In this document: positions 30,229-41,132 of the stretch, in pieces
Position numbering within the stretch: the first letter of the stretch is position 1
Layout: every line of letters starts with the position of its first letter
Virus record (IMG/VR): IMGVR_UViG_3300045988_090963
Reading direction: 5' to 3' (one strand)
Source: a virus
DNA length: 64,000 nt
Position numbers and translations under genes: made by a program
The notes under the pieces: model-generated
The model's input: the letters and a program-made list of their open reading frames with translations, nothing else
Told to the model about the DNA's origin: nothing
Databases searched by the model: none

Positions 30229-30855
30229 ATGAAAATTATTAAGCCAGATGTTGAACTGATTACACCTATTGACGGTGAGATAATTCTTAAACGAATTGAA
30301 CAGTGCGGTAGAGTTTGTTATAAATCTGAAGATAAGATTACAGAAGATAGTGCTGTAAAATTTGTTTAGAATATTATTAAAAGAGGACATGAAGCAGTCC
30401 TCGAGCATTGCTCTTTTACTCTTAAATTTATTTGCGATAGAGGTGTTAGCCATGAAATTGTTCGTCATAGATTGGCTGCCTATTGTCAAGAATCTACAAG
30501 ATATTGCAATTATTCGAAAGACGGGTTCGGAAATGAAATTACTGTTATTGAACCCTGTTTCTTAATCAAGAGTAATCCAGCTTACGATCATTGGTATAAT
30601 GCTTGCCAAAATGCGGAAGAGGAATATTTTAATATGCTCTCTACTGGATGCACACCCCAAGAAGCAAGAGCAGTTCTACCTAATAGTTTAAAAACAGAAG
30701 TAGTTATGACTGCGGATTTGCGGGAATGGCGGCATTTCTTCAAGCTTCGCTGCTCTCCAGCCGCCCATCCGCAAATGAGAGAAGTAGCAATTATTGCACT
30801 TAATAAAGTCAAGGAAAAAATCCCTGTAATCTTTGATGATATTGCTCTTGATTGA
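30229..30855 (+). CDS. thyX: flavin-dependent thymidylate synthase ThyX (1 in-frame TAG)
   Basis: ThyX signature RHRLAAYCQES (RHRx7S); the frame is continuous across the TAG at 30367. Confidence 0.7.
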
Positions 30856-30886
30856 CAATCTTTATTTTATATGTTATTATATTTAT
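30852..30886 (+). promoter_or_regulatory. promoter TTGACA-N17-TATTAT
   Basis: Consensus -35 hexamer with a 17-nt spacer. Confidence 0.4.
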
Positions 30887-30908
30887 ATAAAATAAAGAGG
30901 AAAATGAT

Positions 30909-31304
30909 ATGAACAAATGTGAGACTTTTTTAAATTATTTTGATTGGCTTATAGCTAATTGTAAAGAACCTGTTATTATCCCGGATGAAGTAAAAGAATT
31001 TTATGATATTCTTCGTTCACAACAAGACAAGCATATTGATAAACCTCTTTTTACTGAAACTGGATTTCAAATCCTTGAGTATCTTCAAAATAGTAATGCT
31101 AAATCTTTAAAAGCAAAAGATATAGCTGATGGGATGGAGATTTCTTCCAGAAAAGTTTCTGGTTCTATTAGAAAGTTAGTTTCTGATGGTTTTGTTGAGA
31201 AGTTTGGTTCTAATCCTGTGGTTTATACCCTGACCGAAAAAGGTAAAAATTTTGATATTGAAAAGTATAGAGGAGAGTTAAATAATGAAAAAGAAAATGA
31301 TTAA
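30909..31304 (+). CDS. winged-helix (MarR-like) regulator
   Basis: HTH segment LKAKDIADGMEISSRKVSGSIRKL. Confidence 0.45.
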   Translation: MNKCETFLNYFDWLIANCKEPVIIPDEVKEFYDILRSQQDKHIDKPLFTETGFQILEYLQNSNAKSLKAKDIADGMEISSRKVSGSIRKLVSDGFVEKFGSNPVVYTLTEKGKNFDIEKYRGELNNEKEND

Positions 31305-32241
31305 TGCTACTCATATTGAAGGGTATGTCTATGAGCATAAGCTCGAAAAGAAAGTTTCTGGAGAAAATTCTAAAAATCCTGGAACAGAGTTTATTAACGG
31401 TATTTTGAGAATTGCAACCGATGATGAAATGCTCAATGTAGTTGATGTTCATTTTAGTTATGTAACTGAGACTACTAAAAATGGAAAAGCAAATTCTACC
31501 TATGGAGTTCTTTTGAATATTATTGAGGGAAAGATTGGCTCTGTAATGGAGCATGGTAAAGAAAACGCAGGAAAGCTCCGTATTGATTCTGCTATTGGTC
31601 TAAATGAGTGGTATGATAATAATACTACTGGTCACCCTCTTGTAAGTGTAAAAAGAAATGAGGGTGGGTTTGTCCATGTGACTCAGGAGCTCGCGGAAGA
31701 AAAGAATCGTGCAACATTTGATACCGATATGGTTATTACTAATGTAATTCGTACAGAAGCTGATGAAGAGCGCGATTTACCTGAAAAGGTAACTGTAAAA
31801 GGGTGTATTTTTGATTTCCGTGGATCTCTGCTTCCTGTTGAATTTAATGTATATACTCCTTATGCACCAGAAAAGGCTCTTGATTATTTTGAGAATCTTG
31901 GAGCAACTTCTAGTTCTCCAGTATTTACTAGAGTACAAGGTGTTCAAATTTCTAAGACAGTAATTCGCAAAATTGAAGAAGAAAGTGCTTTTGGTGATAC
32001 AAAGGTAAAAGAGGTTCGTAACTCTCAGCGAGATTTTGTGATTAACTGGGCACAACCTGAAACTTATGCGTGGGATAGCGAAGAGACTCTTCTTGTTTCT
32101 GAACTTAATGAAAAGATGGCGGCTCGCGAAGTTACTCTTGCAGAAATTAAAAAGCGTCAAGACGAGTATCAGGCTACAAAGGGTAACGCACTTAGCGGCA
32201 CTTCTACTTCCGCTCCTGCAAAGGGAGAATATAAATTCTAA
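31285..32241 (+). CDS. hypothetical protein (possible ssDNA-binding/annealing partner of the Sak4-like ATPase)
   Basis: Position only; no recognisable motif. Confidence 0.4.
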   Translation: MKKKMINATHIEGYVYEHKLEKKVSGENSKNPGTEFINGILRIATDDEMLNVVDVHFSYVTETTKNGKANSTYGVLLNIIEGKIGSVMEHGKENAGKLRIDSAIGLNEWYDNNTTGHPLVSVKRNEGGFVHVTQELAEEKNRATFDTDMVITNVIRTEADEERDLPEKVTVKGCIFDFRGSLLPVEFNVYTPYAPEKALDYFENLGATSSSPVFTRVQGVQISKTVIRKIEEESAFGDTKVKEVRNSQRDFVINWAQPETYAWDSEETLLVSELNEKMAAREVTLAEIKKRQDEYQATKGNALSGTSTSAPAKGEYKF

Positions 32242-32268
32242 AAAAGGGAGATTTTCTCCCTTTTTTCC
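32242..32268 (+). terminator. rho-independent terminator (AAAAGGGAGA..TCTCCCTTTT)
   Basis: Hairpin plus T-run. Confidence 0.7.
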
Positions 32269-32297
32269 CAATTAATTTTAGAAGGAGCGATTAATAA

Positions 32298-33278
32298 ATG
32301 AGTTTATTAGATATTAAACCACATGAGGTATCAAGAGATTTAAGAGGTTATTCAGTATTTTTCTATGGGGATCCAAAGTCTGGCAAAACAACTATTGCTA
32401 GTAAGTTTCCAAAAGCGCTACTACTTGCTTTTGAGAAAGGTTATAATGCCTTGCCAGGAGTATATGCTCAACCAATCAATAGTTGGGGTGAATTTAAGAA
32501 ACTTTTTAGTGAATTAAAAACTCCAGAAGTTCAAGAAAAATTCCAAACTATTGTAATTGATACAGCAGATATTGCATATGGCTATTGTGAGAAGTTTATT
32601 TGCGGACGCGAGGCTGTTGATACTATTGGTGATATTCCTTATGGAAAGGGATACGCACTTGTTAGTACAGAATTTGATGAAGCAATTCGTAAAATTCTAC
32701 AACTTAATTATGGTCTTATTTTGATTTCTCATGCCAAAGTAAAGACAGAAAAAAATGCAAAAGGAGAAGACGTCGCTTCTCAAATTGTACCAACTCTTGA
32801 CAATAGAGGTAGATTAATTTGTGAGAGAACTTGTGATATTATTGGTTATTCTCGTTCTGTAACCAATGAATCTGGAGGCACAGAAACTCGTCTCTTTATG
32901 CGCGGAACTCCGCAATATGTTGCCGGTTCAAGATTTAAATATGTTCCAGAATCTATTGAATTTACATATGATAATCTTGTAAAAGCAATTTCTGATGCTA
33001 TTGATAAGCAAGCAGAAGAAACTGGTGGCAAGTATATTACAGATGAGGCAACACAAGTTGTCACAGAAGATGTTACTTATGATTTTGATTATCTAATGAC
33101 AAGATTTAATGATTTAGTTGGAAATCTTATGTCAGAAAATCAATCCAATGCAGTTAAAATTACTGCTATTGTTGATAAATTTTTAGGCAAAGGGAAAAAA
33201 GTTGGAGACTGCACTCCCGAACAGTCTGAACAATTGGATCTAATTATTCATGAATTAGAAGACTTAATTAAGACCTAA
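32298..33278 (+). CDS. AAA_24 / Sak4-like RecA-fold ATPase
   Basis: FFYGDPKSGKTT Walker A; VIDTADIA Walker B. Confidence 0.6.
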   Translation: MSLLDIKPHEVSRDLRGYSVFFYGDPKSGKTTIASKFPKALLLAFEKGYNALPGVYAQPINSWGEFKKLFSELKTPEVQEKFQTIVIDTADIAYGYCEKFICGREAVDTIGDIPYGKGYALVSTEFDEAIRKILQLNYGLILISHAKVKTEKNAKGEDVASQIVPTLDNRGRLICERTCDIIGYSRSVTNESGGTETRLFMRGTPQYVAGSRFKYVPESIEFTYDNLVKAISDAIDKQAEETGGKYITDEATQVVTEDVTYDFDYLMTRFNDLVGNLMSENQSNAVKITAIVDKFLGKGKKVGDCTPEQSEQLDLIIHELEDLIKT

Positions 33279-33285
33279 ATAAAAG

Positions 33286-33328
33286 GAAGGAGAGTATCAA
33301 GGATATTTCTCCTTTCTTGATTTTTTAT
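33286..33328 (+). terminator. terminator-like hairpin plus T-run, followed by a TGATATTAT promoter
   Basis: AAGGAGAG..TCTCCTT then TTGATTTTTT. Confidence 0.45.
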
Positions 33329-33380
33329 CTAAAATATGATATTATATTTATATAAGGTTATAAAGAAAGGAGCGTAATGT

Positions 33381-33914
33381 ATGGCGAAACACATGGTAAA
33401 ATGTTTTTACTGTGGAGAAGTATTTGATGCATCAACCACCCCATACGTTAAACCAAACTCAAGACGTTACGCTCATAAAACTTGTGCGCAAACGGCAGAA
33501 GAAAATAAAACTCAAGAAGAAAAAGATAAAGAATTATTAGAAAAATATATAAAGGATTTATTTGGAATTAATTGTATCTCCCCAAAAATTAAAAAACAAA
33601 TAGAAACTTTTAAAAAAGATAAAAATTATTCATATACAGGGATATATAAAACATTAAAATATTTTTTTGAGATAAAAGGAAATTCTATTGAAAAGGCCAA
33701 TGGTGGAATTGGTATTGTTCCTTTTGTTTATGATGAAGCATATCTATATTGGAGAGCATTGTGGGAAGCAAGAGAAAGAAATGAGCAGGTAGATATAAAA
33801 GAATTTATTTTGCCTGTAAGAGAAGTTCATATAGAGCCTCCTCAGCGACAACCAATGAAACATATACGAAAGCTATTTACTTTCTTAAATGAGGAGGAAA
33901 CACATGAAGAGTAA
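33381..33914 (+). CDS. zinc-finger protein (CxxC...HxxC)
   Basis: CFYCGE..HKTC. Confidence 0.4.
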   Translation: MAKHMVKCFYCGEVFDASTTPYVKPNSRRYAHKTCAQTAEENKTQEEKDKELLEKYIKDLFGINCISPKIKKQIETFKKDKNYSYTGIYKTLKYFFEIKGNSIEKANGGIGIVPFVYDEAYLYWRALWEARERNEQVDIKEFILPVREVHIEPPQRQPMKHIRKLFTFLNEEETHEE

Positions 33915-35445
33915 CTATGTAGATACAGCAGCAATTACTCAAATAATTGGGTGTGTATTTAATAATGCCTCTATTCTCGATGATGCAGATAAATATATAA
34001 TTCATGAAGATGATTTTCAAGAGGATTTTCACAAAATTATCTTTGGGAGTATCTATAATATTCATCTAACAGGCAGTCAAGTCAATATTGATGCAATTAT
34101 AGATTATTTAGCGAATAGACCCAAATTTGATGCTATATTTAAACAAAATAAAGGTGTAGATTATCTTCTTGAAGCATCACAAAACGCTCGATAGGATACT
34201 TTTAATTACTACTATAATAGATTAAAAAAATTTACTCTATTAAGGGCATATAATAATTTTGGCCTTGATGTAACCTATCTTTACGATCCAAATAATATTC
34301 TTGATACTAAAAAGAGACAAATGCAAGAAGATTGGTTAGATAATACAAGTTTAGTTGAAATAGCTCATGCTATTGATGTAAAAATAGATGAAATCAAGAG
34401 TAAATATATTGAAGATGATTTAGGATTAGGGTATCAAGCCGGAGACGGAATCGACGATTTAATCAGTGATTTAGAACAACATCCAGAAGTTGGTATTCCT
34501 TTATATGGCCCATTGATTAATACAGTAACAAGAGGCGCAAGATTGCGAAAATTTTATTTGCGGTCAGCTGCTACAGGAACTGGAAAAACTAGATCAATGA
34601 TTGCAGATGCTTGTAATTTTGCGTGTAATGAGATCTATCATGATCAATTTGGCTGGATTAAAAACGGAACTTCTCAACCAACTTTGTTTATCGCGACAGA
34701 GCAAGATAAAGGAGAAGTGCAAACTATGATGTTAGCATTTCTTTCTGATGTAAATGAAGAACATATCTTGAATGGCCAATATTTTGATGGAGAAAAGGAT
34801 CGAGTTCTCAAAGCCGCGGAAATTATTAAAAGAAGTCCGATTTGGATTGAAGAATTGCCGGATTTTTCTTTGCAAGATGTAGAAAATAAGATAAAAAAGA
34901 ATATCCGTGAACATGAAGTTAAGTATGTTTTATTCGATTATTTACAAACATCTCTCAAGATTCTTGAAGAAATTAGTAAGAAATCTGGCGGAGTTAAATT
35001 AAGAGAAGATAATATCTTATTCATGCTTTCCGCAAGATTAAAAGATTTAGCAAATAAATATGGTATATTCATTATGTCTGCAACTCAATTAAATGCAGAT
35101 TATTAGAATAGTGAAACACCAGATCAAAATTTGTTGCGTGGAGCTAAAAGTATTGCAGATAGAATTGATGTTGGCATGATTCTTCTTGGAGTTACAGATG
35201 AAGATTTGGTAAAACTTGATCCAATACTTGATAGCAATAAAAATCTTCTTCGTCCTAATTTAAAATTATCTATTTATAAGAATAGACGAGGATCATATAA
35301 AGGAGTTTACCTATGGTGTTCAGCAAATTTAGGTACTTGTCGTATATTACCACAATTCTGTACTAATTGGAGACATGAAATGATTAGTATTGAAGATATT
35401 AGAGTAATTGTAGATGAAGGTCCTGCGGCATGGGAAAAATAATTT
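33905..35445 (+). CDS. dnaB: DnaB-family replicative helicase (2 in-frame TAG at 34192 and 35104)
   Basis: Walker A GTGKT; the C-terminus SATQLNADY[TAG]NSETPDQNLLRGAKSIADRIDVGMIL aligns with DnaB H4 ALSQLNR..E.R..KRP..SDLRESG.IEQDADVV; three ORF-track fragments lie in one frame. Confidence 0.7.
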
Positions 35446-35458
35446 TGGAGGAATTAAT

Positions 35459-35635
35459 ATGAAAAACAATCAATCTTTAGAGTATCGTATGAGTAAAAAA
35501 ATGTTTAATGCTATGCTTGCCGATAGAAGCGAGACGGAGAAGAAACAAAATCCTAAAGATTATGTTGCAAAAGTAATTAATGAGCAATTTGGTCTTAAAG
35601 GAACTGTAACAAATGTTTCCGTATATGATGCTTAA
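35459..35635 (+). CDS. small hypothetical protein
   Basis: RBS GGAGG. Confidence 0.35.
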   Translation: MKNNQSLEYRMSKKMFNAMLADRSETEKKQNPKDYVAKVINEQFGLKGTVTNVSVYDA

Positions 35636-35637
35636 TT

Positions 35638-36741
35638 ATGTCACGCTATTATGATAAAGATGAACTAAAAGGAAAATTAGAGTTAGAACAAATTTATGAT
35701 TTAATTGAAGCATGGGGCGGTGAGCCTGAATATGTAGATGGTGGGCTCATCTCCCAAACTATATGTCATAATCTTCCAGGAGAGGGATCAAGAAAGTTAT
35801 ATTATTACGAAAATACAAAACTTTTTAGATGTTATACTGGATGTATAGATCCTACTTTTGATATATTTGATTTATGTATAAAGGTTAAAAAAAAGCAAGA
35901 AGGTAAAAAGTGGGAACTATATAATGCTATGGATTATATAGCTGGATATTTTGGTTTTGATGGAATAGAACTAGAAGATGAAGAACAAGAATTAGAAGAT
36001 TGGGATATCTTTAAAAGACATAATATTCAGTTACCAAAACCTAAACAGCCTATTTGCTTGAAGGAATATAATCCGATTATTCTTACTCGATTTTCTTATC
36101 CTAGAATTGCTGGATGGGAAGCAGAAGGAATCTTACCCGAGGTTAGTAAAAGAAATTTTATTGGGTATTATCCGGGAGGAGGACAAATAACAATTCCTCA
36201 CTTTGATATTAATAATAGATTAGTAGGAATTAGGGGAAGAACATTATCTTCTGAAGATGCAGAAAGATATGGAAAATATAGACCTCTTATGGTGAACAGA
36301 CAATTATATAATCATCCTTTAAGTATGAATTTATATAATTTAAACCATAGCAAAGAGAATATAAGAAAAGTAAAAGCTGCAATTATATTTGAATCTGAAA
36401 AGAGTTGTCTTATGTATCAGTCTTACTATGGGTACGATAATGATATATCTGTAGCTTGTTGTGGAAGTAGTATATCTAGTTATCATATAGATTTACTTAA
36501 ATCTTTAGGAGTTAATGAAATCATAGTTGCTTTTGATAGACAATTTGTCGAAATTAGCGATGATGAATTTAAGAGATTGAAAGCAAAGTTAATTCATATA
36601 TATAACAAATATAGTAAGAATGTACGCATATCTGCTATCTTTGACAAACGAATGATTTTGCCATATAAAGCAAGTCCTATAGACAAGGGACCGCAGATTT
36701 TTGAAGAGTTACTAAATGAAAGGATAATTCCTTATGAGTAA
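35638..36741 (+). CDS. DnaG-type DNA primase (zinc finger plus TOPRIM)
   Basis: CHN..C..C zinc motif; TOPRIM E (IIFESEKS) and DxD-like (IIVAFDRQ). Confidence 0.55.
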   Translation: MSRYYDKDELKGKLELEQIYDLIEAWGGEPEYVDGGLISQTICHNLPGEGSRKLYYYENTKLFRCYTGCIDPTFDIFDLCIKVKKKQEGKKWELYNAMDYIAGYFGFDGIELEDEEQELEDWDIFKRHNIQLPKPKQPICLKEYNPIILTRFSYPRIAGWEAEGILPEVSKRNFIGYYPGGGQITIPHFDINNRLVGIRGRTLSSEDAERYGKYRPLMVNRQLYNHPLSMNLYNLNHSKENIRKVKAAIIFESEKSCLMYQSYYGYDNDISVACCGSSISSYHIDLLKSLGVNEIIVAFDRQFVEISDDEFKRLKAKLIHIYNKYSKNVRISAIFDKRMILPYKASPIDKGPQIFEELLNERIIPYE

Positions 36742-37018
36742 AGAGATTTTAAATCTAGTACCTGCTATTAGAGCAATAGAAAAAGAAATAGGAAAATTAG
36801 CAGATGATTATAATAAGAGAATACAACCCTATTTTGACAGTTTAGAGAAACTTAGAGAAATTAATCAAGCATGTGAGTACTGTAACGGAACTGGTCATGT
36901 TTTAAGATCTAGATCTTGCGCGGAAGATGATAGGCCAGATCCAAACGATCTTAATGACTATATAAAATGTAGAGCTTGCAAAGGAACTGGATTATCACAT
37001 AATAAGGAGAGTGATTAA
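36734..37018 (+). CDS. small zinc-ribbon protein
   Basis: CEYCNGTG...CRACKGTG. Confidence 0.4.
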   Translation: MSKEILNLVPAIRAIEKEIGKLADDYNKRIQPYFDSLEKLREINQACEYCNGTGHVLRSRSCAEDDRPDPNDLNDYIKCRACKGTGLSHNKESD

Positions 37019-37021
37019 AGA

Positions 37022-38773
37022 TTGGAATATTCATTAATTAACCCAAGAAATTAGGATTATAGTGCTTTAGAGTAGGTATTAGTTAATAGAGGTATTAAAT
37101 ATGGTGATATATAGCATTATTTAACAGTATCAGAAAAAGATAATTTATCTCCCTTACTTCTTAATAATATTGAAAGCGCTGCTAAGCTAATTATTAAGCA
37201 CATTTTAAAAGACAACTCTTATATTTATGTCTAGGTAGATAGCGACTGCGATGGTTACACCTCTTCTGCATTATTGCTAAATTATCTTCATGCGCAGTTT
37301 CCCTCTGCAATTAACAAGTTTGTTTATAACTTCCATTCTGGTAAAATTCATGGAATAAAACCAGAATTAATCCCCGATAATATTTCTCTTGTTATTGCAC
37401 CGGATTCAAGCTCTAACGACTATCAAGAGCATGAAGAATTGGCTAATCGCGGAATTGATGTATTAGTTATAGACCATCACTTAGCTGATAAAATATCTGA
37501 ATACGCCTGTGTTGTTAATAATCAGTTATGCGATTATCCAACAAAATCGTTATCTGGTGTAGGAGTAGTTTATAAATTGTGTTAGTATATGGATAGTATT
37601 TGCGGAACTGCCTATGCGGACAATTACCTTGATATTGTAGCCACCGGTCTTGTAGGAGATATGATGGATATTAGAGATTTTGAAACTCATTATCTTATTC
37701 AATAGGGGCTACAGAGGTCAAGTCTCCGCAATCCTTTTATTAAAGGTATGGCTGATAAAAATGCTTACTAGTTAGGCAGAGGAGATTTATCTCCTATTGG
37801 AGTAGCGTTTTATATTGTTCCTCTTGTTAATGCCATTACTCGTATGGGTACTCAAGATGAAAAGTAGATTTTATTTGAAAGTATGCTTGAATGGAAAGCA
37901 TATGATCTTATTCCTTCTACTAAACGAGGATGTAAAGGGCAAGAGGAAACTAGATTAGAGCAAGCATTAAGAGTTTGCACTAATGTTAAGAATCGTTAGA
38001 CTAGAACTAGAGATGCCGAAGTTGAACAAATAGAGAATATTATTCAAGAAAAAAATCTATTATAGCATAAACTTTTAGTAATTAAACTAGAAGATATGTA
38101 GGTTGATAGAGGTATTACTGGTTTAATTGCTAATGAATTAATGAGTAAGTATAAGCGCCCCGTTATTCTCTTATCAAAGACTGTAAACAATAAACAAGAT
38201 GCTTGGGAAGGATCAGCTAGAGGATACGAAAAGTCTAAATTAAATGATTTTAGACAATTTGTAAGAGATTCAAATTTAGTCTTTTTAGCTGAGGGGCACG
38301 CAAATGCTTTTGGCTTTGGCATTTATGAAAAAGATTTTGAAGATTTTATTACATGGTCAGACAATCAATTAAAAGATATAGAATTTTCGCCAAGCTATAA
38401 GGTAGATTTTATTTACTCTATGTCAGATATTAATTCTAAAGATATATTAGAACTAGGCAATTCTAAGTATCTTTGGGGATAGAATATCGACGAACCGCTA
38501 ATTGCGGTAGAAAATGTTGCAGTAACAAATGACATGATTAGTCTTATGTCACGAGACAAGAATCCTACTTTGAAGATTCAATTACCAAATGGAGTTACTT
38601 GCATCAAGTTTAAATCAAGCGAAGAGGAGCTAGAAGATTTATCTAGCGAATTAGGTTGCGTGAGTATAAATTTGATTGGTAAACCAGAAGTAAATAGATA
38701 CTTCGGTAGTGTGACACCACAAATTATTATTACAGATTATGAAATTATAAGTAGATAGAAGTATTACTTTTAA
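37022..38773 (+). CDS. recJ: RecJ-like DHH/DHHA1 phosphoesterase (ssDNA exonuclease), 13 in-frame TAG, TTG start
   Basis: DHH motifs VDSDCDGYTS, IAPDSS, VLVIDHH; DHHA1 motif GHANAFGFG; the frame is open from 37019 to TAA 38771 only if TAG is sense. RBS AAGGAGAG before TTG 37022. Confidence 0.6.
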
Positions 38774-38812
38774 TGATTGCGCAACCTCTTACTAAAGGAG
38801 GAAACAATCACA

Positions 38813-39580
38813 ATGAGACGTTTTATGAGTATTATACTAAGTTTAATCATTTTATTATCTATAATGTGTAGTTGCAACAGTACATTTATTTCTGTTGCAT
38901 CAGCATATTCAGTTCAGTATAACAGCAATACAAGTTATACCTATAATGATTTAGATACATTGATTGAGCTTATTGCGGAACAAATTTCTAACATGAATGC
39001 CGCACATCAAATGGCTGATGCCGCTAGGCAATTAGGTTATTCTGAAAACCATGATGTTATTGAGTTAGCCGTAAATGAATATGATAAAGCTAATGAATTA
39101 AGACAATCCTATCAAAACGTATATGATAACCTCATGGAACACTGGCATCAAAAGGAAAAAGAGTACCCAGTAGCAACATATATATGGAGCTATTTCAAAG
39201 ACCTAGGTTATAATAATCAAGTGTGTGCTGGAATACTTGGTAATATAATGACTGAAGTTGGTGGTAATACCTTGAACATTCAATATGAATTAGGTAATTC
39301 TTCATATTATGGGATGTGTCAATGGAATAAGGCGTATTCTGAGGTTTGGGGAGCCTCATTAGAAGAGCAATGCAATTATTTGGAAAATACTATTGAATAT
39401 GAATTTAATACATTCGGTCATGCCTATAAGAGAGGGTTTGATTATGAAGATTTTCTAAATATGACAAGTATAACTGATGCTGCTTTAGCGTTCGCGAAAT
39501 GCTATGAAAGATGCAGTTCTGGAAGTTATACAGTACGACAAAATAATGCGATAATCGCATATAATTATTTTGTAAGTTAA
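38813..39580 (+). CDS. secreted Phage_lysozyme2-like peptidoglycan hydrolase (signal peptide, AxA site VASA|YS)
   Basis: GILGNIMTEVGG...YYGMCQWNKA motif, paralogous to the endolysin N-module. Confidence 0.5.
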   Translation: MRRFMSIILSLIILLSIMCSCNSTFISVASAYSVQYNSNTSYTYNDLDTLIELIAEQISNMNAAHQMADAARQLGYSENHDVIELAVNEYDKANELRQSYQNVYDNLMEHWHQKEKEYPVATYIWSYFKDLGYNNQVCAGILGNIMTEVGGNTLNIQYELGNSSYYGMCQWNKAYSEVWGASLEEQCNYLENTIEYEFNTFGHAYKRGFDYEDFLNMTSITDAALAFAKCYERCSSGSYTVRQNNAIIAYNYFVS

Positions 39581-39588
39581 AATAAAAT

Positions 39589-39654
39589 ATCTGCGGACTG
39601 GCCGGAACCTAGACGACCGTCCGCAGAAACTAAAATTGGTTTTACTATTTTTTG
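39589..39654 (+). terminator. terminator-like hairpin (TCTGCGGAC...GTCCGCAGA) with a distal T-run
   Basis: 9-bp outer stem; the T-run is about 13 nt downstream. Confidence 0.4.
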
Positions 39655-39663
39655 AGGTAAAAT

Positions 39664-39924
39664 ATGGAAGAATTAAAACAAACTATAAAATTTTTAGATT
39701 CTATTCAAATAGATAAGTATATAATAGGTTATATGGATATACACGATATTATGGATAGAATAGAAGATGATTATGGCGCATTTTTAGAAGATCATCCTAT
39801 TTTTGAAGGATATGTTTTTAATTGGATGACTTCTGATGAATTTGCTGATTATTTAAGGAAAAAGGGTTATAGAGTTCAAGAAAATATTAGTTATGAGGTT
39901 TGGAAAAATGGAATTAACTCGTAA
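39664..39924 (+). CDS. hypothetical protein
   Basis: ORF with RBS GAGG. Confidence 0.4.
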   Translation: MEELKQTIKFLDSIQIDKYIIGYMDIHDIMDRIEDDYGAFLEDHPIFEGYVFNWMTSDEFADYLRKKGYRVQENISYEVWKNGINS

Positions 39925-41089
39925 ACAAGAGGAAGGATTGCGCATTGCAATAGATAGATATAATCACAACGAGCCCTATACTGTAATAGCGGGTTACGCA
40001 GGTACTGGAAAAAGTACCTTGATTAATTTTATTATAGCAGCTCTTGAGGTAGATCCAGAAGAAGAAGTTGCATATATTACTTTTACAGGAAAAGCCTCAG
40101 AGGTATTGCGAGAAAAAGGTTGCCATAATGCTATGACCGCGCATAAATTATTATATTATAGTAAGCAAATGCCAAATGGTAAATTTTTCTATAAACCAAG
40201 GACTGTTCTTGAAAAGCCTTATAGAGTAATTGTTGTAGATGAAGTAAGTATGCTTCCTAAAGATATGTGGGATTTGCTTTTAAGTCATAATATCTATGTA
40301 ATAGCTTGCGGAGATCCTTTTCAGATTCCTCCAATAGATAAGAAACAAGATAATCATATTTTGGATAATCCGCATATTTTTCTTGATGAAGTAATGCGTC
40401 AAGCAAAAGAAAGTGATATTATTTGCCTTAGCATGGATATTAGAGAAGGAAAGAGATTATCTCCTTTTAGCGGTCATGATGCTCAAGTTTTTAAGAAAAA
40501 TGATCTGTGCGATGGAATGTATTTTTGGGCAGACTAGATTCTTGTATCTACCAATAAAAGTAGACATGATATTAATTCTTATATTAGAGATGATTTAGGC
40601 AGAGGATTTGAGCCAGAAATAGACGATAAGATTATTTGTTTGCGGAACTGTTGGGATACTTGCTCTGAAAAACATGAAAATCCACTCATAAATGGCTCTG
40701 TTGGATATATTAAAACTAAAAGAATGGAATCTATTGATTATATCCTCGCTGGAAAGTTAGTATCTGCTCCTGTTTTATTTGCAGATATTGAAACAACAAA
40801 TGATACATATAGAGAAGTTGGTATTGACTATACCGCTTTAACTACTGGAGAAAAGTTTTTTACTCCTCAACAAGAATATTTAATTAGGAGAAATAAAGAA
40901 AATCCAGATCTCCCTATTGAGTTTAATTTTGGTTATGCAATTACTGGACATAGAGCGCAAGGTTCACAATGGGATAAGGTTTTAGTATTAGAAGAATCAT
41001 TTCCATTTGATAAAATTGAACACGCTAGATGGATATATACTACAGTTACAAGGGCCATTGAAAAACTTACATTGATATTAAAGAATTAA
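39908..41089 (+). CDS. SF1B Dda/RecD-like DNA helicase (1 in-frame TAG at 40535)
   Basis: Walker A GYAGTGKST; Walker B VVDEVSM; motif III GDPFQIPP; motifs V/VI AITGHRAQGSQWD, YTTVTRA. The two ORF-track fragments are in the same frame. Confidence 0.65.
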
Positions 41090-41091
41090 TA

Positions 41092-41110
41092 TGCTATAAT
41101 GTAAGTATAA
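41092..41110 (+). promoter_or_regulatory. extended -10 promoter TGCTATAAT
   Basis: Upstream of the polymerase gene. Confidence 0.4.
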
Positions 41111-41132
41111 AGAAAATAAGAGAGGTATAATT

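Noticed and set aside
39589-39654. Strong terminator call after the secreted lysozyme-like gene.
   Set aside because: It is downgraded to low confidence because the T-run is separated from the stem by about 13 nt.
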